This document shows, one piece after another, positions 22,920-33,376 of a DNA stretch of 35,160 nt. The translations under genes were made by a program, and so were the position numbers. Source of the stretch: Callorhinchus milii (lineage: Eukaryota); assembly GCF_018977255.1 (NCBI RefSeq), contig NW_024705549.1, positions 1 through 35,160 on the forward strand. The letters are read 5' to 3'. The stretch's first letter is position 1; every line of letters begins with the position of its first letter. The notes under the pieces were generated by a model that did not search any database, was not told the DNA's origin, and was given only the letters and a program-made list of their open reading frames with translations.

Positions 22920-24170
22920 CACCAAAAAATAGTCGACAATTTTAACCTTCATTTTGCTGAAGCTGGTAACCTTTTTGATAATGTATTGGGAGTCAACCCA
23001 GCTCATGCACTTTCCTACACCTCTGTCCAAACATTGAATGAATTTAGTTTTCAACCTATCCACGAAAGTAATGTTCTGGAACAACTGGTCTACCTTCAAA
23101 GGGTCATCCCCTACCGAATCAGATAGTATTCCCCTCTTTGCTCTGCTAACTGTTGGTCACCTACTATACAAATTTATAGCCCATAGTTTCAACCTGTCCA
23201 TCAAAGAAGTATCAGTACCTCTAAGAATGAAAACATTCCTACGTGCATCAACTTTACAAAGTGGGCCCTAAAGATGATCCAAATAACTACCGACCTATGT
23301 CAATTTTGTCCCCATTGATACAATAATTTGAAAAACTATTAAACTACCAAACTAGCAATTTCCTGTCCGAGAATTTCTTACATCGAAACCAATCTGGTTT
23401 CTGAAAAAAATACAGCACCACATCTGCTGCATTATATTATCTAAATCACATTTACAGCAGCATTGATAATAAACAGTACTGAGCCAGTCGTTTTCTTGAC
23501 TTGTCCAAAGCCTTTGATACAGTCGACCACAACACCCTGCTTAGTAAACTAAGTTGCCTCCGTTTCTCCAAACACACAGTGGAATGATAACAAAAATTAC
23601 CTCCCTTCTCGCACCCAAACTGTATTCATAGATGGTTGGAGGTCAAACAGTGTTAAGATAACAAAAGGGGTTCCACAGGGTTCCATCCTCGGACCCCTCT
23701 TGTTCTCTCTTTATGTCAATGATATGGGCACTGACCTGGATCATTCCAGGGTAAATCTGTTTGCAGATGACACGAAACTGATTACTGCTGGCCGCTCTCC
23801 GGATGACGTGATTGCTCAGCTCCAGAATGATTTCAACAAAATACAAGATCAGCTAGTTGCTCGTAAAATAGTCCTGAATACCTCCAAAACCAATGTGCTA
23901 TGCTTCTCACCAGGACTAAATCAAGAAGTTATCTTTCCCCAATTGCATTCCTTAAATAATGATCAAATAGAGCAAGTCAAGATCTAGAAGTATCTTGGGG
24001 TTATTTTTTATTCAAAACTGAATTTTCAAGATCACATTGATTATATCGGTTAAAAGACAAAAACATAGTTTTTCTGTATCGACAAAAGCATTGCTTGCCC
24101 CCTATGTTCCGTTTGGAAGTGATAACAGCTACCATATTTCCCCTCCCGATACGTTCCATTCATTGGCTAC
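22920..24170 (+). mobile_element. Degraded CR1/L2-group LINE RT fragment
   Basis: DPNNYRPMSIL, NQSGF, FLDLSKAFDTVDH, GVPQGSILGPLLFSLYVND, LFADDT and KYLGV, with many stops and frameshifts. Confidence 0.85.
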
Positions 24171-24199
24171 CACATTCTGATAAGCTCCCCCCCTCTCCT

Positions 24200-24430
24200 C
24201 CCCCTTAACTTGTATTTAAGAACTTGCATCTTGGAATCCCTACCTCACTTGATACAGCAAATCTGGCTGTGACGGTCCCACCTGATGACGGAGACTTGTG
24301 TTGCCTCGGAAACGTCGTGATTTTTTATTATATTATTTTTATACATTTTAATTTCATTTTTTACCTATGTGAATTTACCGAAAAAACTAAGAGTATGAAT
24401 CCTTGCAGTCACGAAAGCTTCAAATCTAGA
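24200..24430 (+). mobile_element. Penelope-type terminal repeat copy
   Basis: Same repeat as 19813-19987 and 27811-27990, in + orientation. Confidence 0.75.
24279..24319 (+). ncRNA. Minimal type I hammerhead ribozyme motif, weakened stem II
   Basis: cac CTGATGA c GGAGAC ttgtgtt GCCTCG GAA ACGT C gtg; stem II 4/6, with the basal pair mismatched. Confidence 0.65.
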
Positions 24431-24674
24431 ATTAGCAATGTTTGTTTGTTGAAGTACAGCGTTAGCCTGATAACTTTATTCTAAGTTGTCTTATGGTTGT
24501 TATTGTTTGACTTACATCCCACTGGGATTTTTGCACACAGCGTTGATATACGGTGTTTTTTTCTGGAAGACTTTGCCGTTTTTCCCTGGATTTTTCTGTT
24601 TAAGATGTTTGTTCATGTTTTGTTTGTTGCGGTTGCACCTGAGTAAAGAGCCGCATGGCTCACAGGGCTACAGT

Positions 24675-25303
24675 ATCTATCTATAAAAACAAGTCAAAAG
24701 TTGCGTGTGGGTTTGTGGCGGGGTTTGTGTGTGGGTTTGTGGCGGGTTTGGTGTGTGTGGTCGCGCGCTTGGCTCTCCAACGGTGGGGTTCACGATAAAA
24801 AATATAGGCAGATACCACGCCGTAAGCCCCGCGGTGAGCAAGCGCTATTCCTTTTTCACATCCGTCAACTTTAAATTAGTTTAATTAGCGATTTAGTGCT
24901 ACTTTTGTGTTCATTTTTTATTTATGACTCGTGCACGACCATACCAACTCGCACGCCTTTGGCGGGGGGGGGGGGGGGGGACAGCCTATGCGAGATCGCA
25001 CACCTTCTGTGGGAGTGATGGGGACATTTTCTTTCACGTAAAAAATCCTAAAAAATACACTAAACGCTCAGGTAAATTCTTCACTGTCTCATTTCCCTCC
25101 CACCCCAATGCGTGCAGTTATTACTACTATACAGTCGGTAGATGCTACCACGAAAAGCCGTAGATATGACTGCAGAGAGGCCGGGACATCGTGGCTGGGG
25201 GGGGGGGTAGCAGCCCAGCCCCAGCATGCCAGGTGATACCTCGGCCGGCTGGACAATCTAGGCGAGGCCGGAGGCTTTGCACGGGACTCGGCCTCACCAC
25301 GCC
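24675..25303 (+). mobile_element. Non-autonomous dispersed repeat, possibly Helitron-like (copy of 2285-2875)
   Basis: Begins A|TCTATCTATAAAAAC; collinear with the reverse complement of 2285-2875. Confidence 0.5.
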
Positions 25304-25344
25304 ACTGTCAGGTGAATACGTTTTGCTATGGAGTCGATAAATAC

Positions 25345-26145
25345 TGCTATAGAGTCAGCATGTACTACTGTAGTGATAGCAGGTACCACCAGAGTCGCTA
25401 TGCACTGCTGTGGTGATAGCAGATGCCACCACAGTCGGTATGTGCTGCTGTAGTGATTGCAGGTCACCACCACAGTCCGGTATGCAGTGCTGTAGTGATA
25501 GCAGTATCCACCACAGTCGGTATGCAATGCTTTAGTTAAAGCAGGCACCACCACAGTCAGTATGCACTGCTGTCGTAAAAGCAGGTACCACCACAGAGTG
25601 TCCGCACTGCTGTAGTTAAATCAAGTATTGTACCACCGCAGTCAGTATGTACTGCTGTAGTAAAAGCAGCTACCACCAAAGTTGGTATGCACTGCTGTAG
25701 TCATAACAGGTGCCACCACGGTCAGTAGGTACTGCTGTTGTGATAACAAGAACCATCATAGTCGGTATGCACTGCTGTAGCCATTGCAGGATACCACCAC
25801 AGTCAGTATGCACTGCTGTAGCCATTGCAGGATACCACCACAGTCAGTATGCACTGCTGTAGTGAAAGCAGGTACCACCAAAGTCGGTATGCACTGCTGT
25901 GGTTAAGGCATGTACCACCACAATATGCACTATTGTAATCATAGCAGGTCCCACCACAGTTAGTATGCACTGCTGTCGTGATAGTTGATACTGGTATCGA
26001 GTTGGTAGATCATGCTATAAAAAGTTAGTAGATACTAAAACAGTCAGTATATGCCACTACAGTCAGTCAATACTGCTACAGTCAGTAGATACTACTATAC
26101 AGTCAATAGATACTACTACAGTCAGTAGCTACTAGAGTGAGTAGA
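25345..26145. repeat. Minisatellite: ~40-41-bp unit grading into ~20-bp unit
   Basis: gcaggtaccaccacagtcggtatgcactgctgtagtgata repeated ~15 times, then acagtcagtagatactact-like units from ~26030. Confidence 0.9.
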
Positions 26146-26147
26146 TA

Positions 26148-27436
26148 CAGTGAGGGAAAAAAGTATTTGATCACCTGCTGATTTAATACGTTTGCCCACT
26201 GACAAATAAATGATCAGTCTATAATTTTAATGGTAGGTTTATTTTAACAGTGAGAGACAGAATAACAACAACAAAATCCAGAAAAACGCATGTCAAAATG
26301 TTATAAAGTGATTTGCATTTTAAAGAGGTAAATAAGTATTTGACCCCTCTGCAAAATATGGCTTAGTACTTGGTGGCAAAACCCTTGTTGGCAATCACAG
26401 AGGTCAGACGTTTCTTGTAGTTGGCCACCAGGTTTGCACACATCTCAGGAGGGATTTTGTCCCACTCCTCTTTGCAGATCTTCTCCAAGTCATTAAAGTT
26501 TCGAGGCTGACGTTTGGCAACTCGAACCTTCAGCTCCCTCCACAGATTTTCTACGGGATTAAGGTCTGGAGAATGGCTAGGCCACTCCAGGACCTTAATG
26601 TGCTTCTTCTTGAGCCATTCCTTTGTTGCCTTGGCCGTGTGTTTTGGGTCATTGTAATGCTGGAATACCCATCCACGACCCATTTAAATGCCCCGGTTGA
26701 GAGAAGGAGGTTCTCACCCAAGATTGACGGTACATTGCCCCGTCCATCGTCCCTTTGATGCGGTGAAGTTGTCCTGTCCCCTTTGCAGAAAAACACCCCC
26801 AAAGCATAATGTTTCCACCTCCATGTTTGACGGTGGGGATGGTGTTCTTGGGTCATAGGCAGCATTCCTCCTCCTCCAAACACGGCAAGTTGAGTTGATG
26901 CCAAAGAGCTCCATTTTGGTCTCATCTGACCACAACACTTTCACCCAGTTGTCCTCTGAATCATTCAGATGTTCATTGGCAAATTTCAGACGAGCATGTA
27001 TATGTGCTTTCTTGAGCAGGGGGACCTTGCGGGTGCTGCAGGATTTCAGTCCTTCACGGCGTAGTGTGTTACCAACTGTTTTCTTGGAGACTATGGTCCC
27101 AGCTGCCCTGAGATCATTGACAAGATCCTCCAGTGTAGTTCTGGGCTGATTTCTCACCGTTCTCATGATCATTTCAACTCCACGAGGTGAGATCTTGCAT
27201 GGAACCCCAGGCCGAGGGAGATTGAAAGTTATTTTGTGTTTCTTCCATTTGCGAATAATCGAACCAACTGTTGTCACCTTCTCACCAAGCTGCTTGGCGA
27301 TGGTTTTGTAGCCCATTCCAGCATTGTGTATGTCTACAAGCTTGTTCCTGACATCTCTGGAGAGCTCTTTGGTCTTGGCCATGGTGGAGAGTTTGGAATC
27401 TGATTGATTGATTTCTTCTGTGAACAGGTGTCTTTT
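26148..27436 (-). mobile_element. Tc1 (DD34E) transposon, one TIR retained, transposase pseudogene (26363-27382)
   Basis: TA|CAGTGAGGGAAAAAAGTATTTGATC terminus. MAKTKELS...[11 protein letters not shown]...FQHYNDPKH...[11 protein letters not shown]...KGFATKY spread over three frames; second catalytic Asp is Tyr. 5' TIR missing. Confidence 0.95.
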
Positions 27437-27710
27437 TGGTCACGCCTGCTATCTATGGCAATGTGATAGTTTTGATCGGAGTTTCAAGTGGCTGTTTCTG
27501 TATGGTGGGAGAAACAGCTTGGCGGATGGTGTGGTCAGAGTATCCATTCATCCTGAGGGCCCGATGTACATGTCTTAATTCACTGGCCAGGTGGTGTTGG
27601 TCAGAAATGCCATGAGCTCTGTGGTATAGCGTTTTGATGAGATAATTATTTTGAGATGGGTGGTGATGGGAATCAGGTTTCAAGTAGGAATCTGTGTGAG
27701 TGGCTTTCCT
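27437..27710 (-). mobile_element. Penelope-like element fragment (thumb/linker region)
   Basis: THTDSYLKPDSHHHPSQ..IKTLYHRA...ALRMNGY, homologous to 19320-19500. Confidence 0.85.
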
Positions 27711-28258
27711 TTTTATTTTACTTTTATTAATTTTAATTTTTACCTACGTGACTGAATGAATCCTTGCAGTCACGAAAGCTTCAAATTTAGAAGTAATCAA
27801 TATACTCAATATATTCTTAGGTTTTGTCGGTAAAGTCACGTAGGTTAAAATTTTAAAATTTAAATTAATCAAAGTAAAATAAAAATACAAATCACGACGT
27901 TTCGGAGGCAATACAAGCTTCCGTCTTCAGGTGGAACCGTCACAGCACGATTGTTGTATCAAGTAAGAGAAATTCCAAGAAAACCGTCCTTGTATATACT
28001 GGTTGAGGGTGGGAGGAGTCAAGGCAGGCCCCTAAATCGGAGTTTTGCGGCTTCAGTGGCTTCAGCCACAAAACTCCGATCCAGGTGCCTACCTTGGCTC
28101 CTCTCCCCTCAACCAGTATATATACAAGGACGGGTCTCTTAGAATTTCTCTTACTTCATACAGCAATCGTGCTGTAACGGTTTATTTTTACCTATGTGAC
28201 TTTACTGGAAAAACCCAAGAATATGAATTATTGCATTCACGAAAGCTTCAAATCTAGA
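27711..28258. mobile_element. Cluster of Penelope-type terminal repeats: partial + copy (27711-27791) and head-to-head palindrome (27811-28258)
   Basis: Left arm 27811-28052 and right arm 28064-28258 are reverse complements; centre ~28057. Confidence 0.85.
27893..27933 (-). ncRNA. Minimal type I hammerhead ribozyme motif
   Basis: - strand: cac CTGAAGA c GGAAGC ttgtatt GCCTCC GAA ACGT C gtg; stem II 5/6. Confidence 0.75.
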
Positions 28259-28486
28259 ATTTATACTCAATACACTCTCCAATAAGCTGAGCTACTAACA
28301 GTAAACCATACATTACACTTCTATGTCGCAAAAAAATAATAATATGCCTCCAGCTAAACTTTTTTATTACATCACACGGATATGCCCGTACTATACACTG
28401 CCATAGACAAACTAACATTGAATTATACACTGCGTTACTATACACTACCTTAAACTCTATACCTTAAACTCTATACCTTAAACTCT

Positions 28487-28945
28487 CATCATAGCTTGGC
28501 TTCACGAACGAAGATCTAGGAAGGACATCCACATCTTCTGCAGGCACGCTGGTGGCTGACGAGGCCTATGTGGGACAGGCAGGTCCTGCCACAACGGCTG
28601 CAAGTCTAGGTCTGATCTGGGATGGGTGCTGAGGGGTCAGGGTTCTTCCTCCTTCTCCTTTTGTCCTCCATACAGGCCCTGCAGGTATCTTCGAAGAAGG
28701 AGGTGGCCTGGTGGACTGTGTGCCGCTAGGAGTTGCGATCGGCTGCTTGTGTTGCTCACTGACGGTGATCGATGCAGCAAGCAGTGAGGGACTTCTTCAG
28801 GGAGTCTTTGTATCGCTTTCGTGGTGCCCCTATGTCGCGATAGCCGGAGAACAGTTCCCCATACAGCACAATCTTAGGTCGGCGGTGGTTCTCCATCCTG
28901 GCGATGTGCCCTGCCCAGCGAAGCTGTATCTTGAGGATCTTAGAC
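28487..28945 (-). mobile_element. RTE (BovB-like) LINE 3' fragment
   Basis: - strand LRWAGHIARMENHRRPKIVLYGEL...GAPRKRYKDSLK and CLSHIGLVSHQRAC; short ATG-type tail. Confidence 0.8.
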
Positions 28946-29599
28946 TATACATTGTAATACTACACTATGTATTATTCTACACACCCTAATGTATATTACA
29001 GAAGAGTCTGAGTGGTGCCTTCCTAAGTTCATGCACAATAATCTTTATTATAAGAACTGTATCCTGCGGTGAGATTTGAATTTGGAGACCTGACATCAAC
29101 ACACTAAGACATAATCAGTAAATGTTAAAGCGAGAATAATTGTATTATCCCGATTGATAATACCACCCTAGACAACGAAGCTGAGCTTAATTTAGCATAA
29201 TTTCATCACACTTGCATAACTTAATACAATTCATTGTATTGTCCCGACTGATAATACAACCCGAGACAACGAAGCAAAGCATAACGATCATAACTATATA
29301 CATTAGCATAATCCTATACTTTAGCATAACCAATCAAGGCTACCTCTCTAATTAGCATAAAGTATGCGCATAAATACATAAAATAGTAATATTTCGGATA
29401 ATTACGCATTTTATCAATCTTTATTTATTTATTTTTTGTATTAATTTTTCAAGACCCAACATATACAACAATACGGCGGCTGGAATCCTTTCGTCTCCCT
29501 CTAACGCTTCTACCATGGGTTTTTCTCTTATTGGCACTCAGACAATTGTCCGTTCTGGACAGGCCCCATTTTTTCAGGTTCTAAATGGGGGCCCGGAAG

Positions 29600-30680
29600 G
29601 GGTTCTAGTCCTGTGGGTATGGTGCTGGCTTATGCTGCTGCCGATTTTACGGATCACGACGAAGACGTGTCCTGCCAGGTGGTGAGTTTGACTTGTCCGG
29701 GTTCATTGTCGGCCCATCATTGGATCACTGAACTATGCCGTGAGAATTTGTCGTTGTCCGCCGACCAACGTGTGGGGCTGCGTGCGCTGTTTACCGAGTT
29801 TGCTGATGTCTTTAGTAAAGATGATTTCGATTTGGGTCGCACGTTACTTTTGTCCCACCACATTGATACCAAGGAGACCAGCCCTATATCGGCAAAATTC
29901 CCACCGCTTGAGCCCTACGGAGAAGGAACGAGTGCAGAACACGGTGAACGATATGCTGGCCATTGATATAATTTCTTTGCCTAACAGCCCGTGGGGGCAC
30001 TGGCTGTTCTTGTCAAGAAGAAGGATGGCAATCTCAGATACTGTGTTGATTTCTGCAAACTTAATAAGGTGTCAATGGCTGACGCGTATACTCATACGTA
30101 AATGGATGACTCCCTCGATTCGCTGTTGGGAGCGCGGTATTTCTCGACTCTCGATTTGTCTTTCGGGTTTTGGCAGTTGCCCCTGGACGACTCTTCAAAG
30201 CCGAGGACCGCATTCCGCATGCCTCAGGGACTCTTTCAATACAACTGTCATCCGATAGGATTGAATTCCGCTTCCACCACGTTCCAATGCTTGATGGAGC
30301 TCGTTTTGGCTGGATTGCAATGGGACACTTGCCTCATATATTTTCATGATATTATTGTGTTCAGTCGCACGTTCGAGGAACACCTCCGAAGCTTGCTGCC
30401 GTTTTTGAGAGAATGCGCTTCGCTAACCTCAAATTTAAACCTAAGAAATGTCATCTGTTTCAACGTTCAATGCGGTACCTGGTTCACATTGTGAGCTCTG
30501 ACAGTATCGCCACGGATCTGGACAAGACGGCTTGTGTTCGCGACCGGGGATGTATAGAGTTTTGTTGGGTTCGTGTTGTACTACCGTCGGTTTGTTCCAC
30601 AGTTTGCTACGCTCGCTAAACCACTGCACGTGCTAACTGCTAAAAATCAGAAATTTTAATGGGAACCCGAAGAGGAGGTG
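29600..30680 (+). mobile_element. Gypsy/Ty3 LTR retrotransposon pol fragment (RT), degraded
   Basis: FADVFSKDDFDLGRT, VLVKKKDGNLRYCVDF, ARYFSTLDL..GFWQ, LIYFHDIIVFS (YLDD mutated), LKFKPKKCHLF. Confidence 0.92.
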
Positions 30681-31120
30681 GTGTTCGTGTTGCCTATTGT
30701 TCTGGTTTAACCACGTGATCGTGAGATGCTTTTATGATCATCCAGTACGGATTGATTATGTATATTTGCATGGGCACTGTTGGAATACTGATGATAAGAG
30801 TTGTTGGATATGAAGTTAAGTTGAGATTGAAGTTGCTTAGATGAAAAACAGATTTGCGAGTGCTTATTTACTAAATTCGTCCGTCATTGTCATAATAACG
30901 AACAGTATCCGGCGATGAGATCTGAATCCTGAAGACCTGACATAATTTCACATGTAACTATTAAAGTGTGAATCATAAATGCTGAAGCAAGAATCATAAA
31001 TGTTGAAGCGACTATCATATATATTGAAACGAGAATCATTGAGATTATCTCGATCAGTAATGCATACCCCTAGACAATGAGAGAGCCAATAATAAATCGC
31101 ACAACATAATAACGACACAT

Positions 31121-31600
31121 ACAACAACAACAACCGCCATTCGCCACTAAGTGGCGGTGACGTCACCACGACACTTGTGTCAGGCCATGTACACCTTGAG
31201 CCACGTGAAGTGTCGAACGCCCGCTGGCAGGAGGTCACTGCGCAGACACAGGTGCCACGGGTCGACTGACTGAGATGACCAAGATGATTGGCTGATGCAC
31301 TACCTGTGCCCCCTACTGTGCCAACTTGCTGTGCTTTAGCCAACCGATGCTCCGCTCGTTGTTGTGGGCGTCACTCCTCTGCCCTCCGTTGTTGTTGGAG
31401 GGCGGCTGCCTCCAACTGCCCAGCAGCGTCCTTCACGAGCCTCCTCCACAGAGGCCGATCTTGACACCGCTGGTACCAGTCATCGGCAAATCCACTCAGC
31501 TCCACATACTTCTGTACCTCATCACTCCATCTCTTCTCTGCCCGTGCCGCGCCTGTTTAGCCCCCTCTATCCGGCCGAACAAAAGTTGTTTAGGCATGTA
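31121..31600 (-). mobile_element. RTE LINE 3' end, same family as 1-1250, with probable TSD
   Basis: Matches 1-325. (GTT)n tail with a ccgcca...tggcgg hairpin. Flanked by AATAACGACACATACA (31108-31123) and AATAAAAACACATACA (31603-31618). Confidence 0.85.
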
Positions 31601-31765
31601 CAAATAAAAACACATACATTAATCATATAACACATTTTATCACATTGTTAAATACACCTAACGCATATTTTTGTTAATCACACTTAATTACCTACAATAA
31701 CATATTTTACGTAATTTAAATATTTCGTTTTTACATTTAATTCGTTTTTAGAACAATAAATACAA

Positions 31766-31945
31766 GACCACCACCATTCCCATCAACCCCTTCACCACCT
31801 TCACCATTGCCATCACCACCACCCTCTCCGCCACCATCACCATCATCCACATCACCACCACCATGACTACGACCACCACCATAACTACCACCATCACAAT
31901 CACCATCGCTATCACCCCGTCACCACCACCATCACCACCATCACC
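31766..31945. repeat. (CAC/CAT)n microsatellite
   Basis: Directly visible. Confidence 0.9.
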
Positions 31946-32134
31946 CAGGACCTCCGGCATACCAGACGAGGCAGATCACATCTTTGTATATCGAGGTGTC
32001 TCTGTAAAGGCTGCTGAATGACTCTCCATTGAAGTTCCATAGGTTCCACTCTTTGTTGAATGTTCTTATTTTGTTAAATTTAATCTTAAAACACAACAAA
32101 AATAAAAAACTCACCACCACATATCTATCACCTG

Positions 32135-32552
32135 GGTAGGTTAGTGGGTGGGTGGATGAGTGGGAGGGTGAGTGAGTGGGTGGGTGAGTGGGGGAATTGG
32201 TGAGTGAGTGGGTGGATGGGTGAATGAATGAGTGGGTGAGTGAGTGGGTACGTCGGTGAGTGGGACGGTCAGTGTCTGATTGAGTGGGTGGATAAGTAGG
32301 TGGGTGAGTGGGTGGATGAATGGGTGAGTGGCTGAGAGAGTGAGTGGATGACTGGATAGGCGAGAGGGTGAGATAATGGATGGGTGAGAGAGTGGGTGGG
32401 TGAGAAAGTGGGTGAGGGAGTAGGTGGGTGAGTGAATAGGTCGGTGAAAGAGTGGGTGGGTGTATGAGTGGGAGGTTGAGTGAGAAGGTGGGTGAGTGGG
32501 TGGGTGAGTTGGAGGGAAAGGGGGCGAAAAGTTGAGTGAGTGGGTGGGTGAG
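32135..32552. repeat. (GGGT/GAGT)n microsatellite
   Basis: Directly visible; source of the THSPTH-type spurious ORFs. Confidence 0.9.
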
Positions 32553-32708
32553 CAAATAATGGTGTTACAGTTTGCATAACTTCAAGATCCCGCCGGCGTT
32601 TAATAAGATAAGGTTAGATTCGTGGACAGTGAAGGACTTGAAGTTTCCATTGAACATTGGCTGAGTCCACGTCGTTTGATGTACAGCCCTGCGAGAAGAA
32701 CAGAGACA

Positions 32709-32824
32709 CCATAGACTTAGCACTGCACCATAAACTCAGCACCGCCACCCATAAAATCAGCACTGCCACCCACAGACTCAACAATTGCAACCATCGAGTG
32801 AGCACTGCCATGCATAGACTTAAC
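32709..32824. repeat. 21-bp satellite, left part
   Basis: catagactcagcactgccacc-like units. Confidence 0.85.
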
Positions 32825-33376
32825 CAGGGGCGGTTTCTTCATTAGGGCGATTGGGCGACGCACCACCAATGTCATTCAACCACAGAGTCACGCTAGCCAT
32901 CACTGTGCCTCTGGATATAGTCCAATCAGCGTCATGTCACGGTCTGTGGATTACCGCCTCTTTTGGGCGATTCACTCCGGCTGAGAATCGCCCCGAGTGG
33001 CCCCATAGACTTACATTCAAAGATGTTTTTTTTCGAACAGGGGCGCTCCAATGCATTCTCTATGGCTTCCGGGAGGGCTCGCCCTAACGTGTTTACGTCA
33101 TCATACGTCATCATACGTAAGCACGTTTCATCCAACAATATAATTTGTCGCCACCTAGTGGAATCTTTAATAAAAGAAACTTGCGTGAATGGTATTAATA
33201 GTGAGTATAGAAACAAACAAGATGTATTGTAAGTCACTTTATTTTTCATTAATATTAAAGAAGTGAAGTTGCCTTTACATGCTTAAGCTGTTAATTTATC
33301 CATTGCATGGGTGGACCTATCCTTATCAATCATCCAACATTTGCCCCCCTGAGAGATTTTGCAGGAGCCGCCACTG
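32825..33376. mobile_element. Non-autonomous hAT element inserted into the satellite
   Basis: Termini CAGGGGCGGTTTC and GAGCCGCCACTG; flanks GACTTAAC (32817-32824) and GACTTAAA (33377-33384), a 7/8 match. Confidence 0.8.

Noticed and set aside
25345..26000. CRISPR-like regular repeats
   Set aside because: Units are head-to-tail with no unique spacers, there are no cas genes, and the context is eukaryotic.
31963..32010. DTSIYKDVICLVW resembles ST6GAL2 DSSLYKDVILVAW
   Set aside because: Short match only; no sialylmotif upstream and no DP after the Trp.
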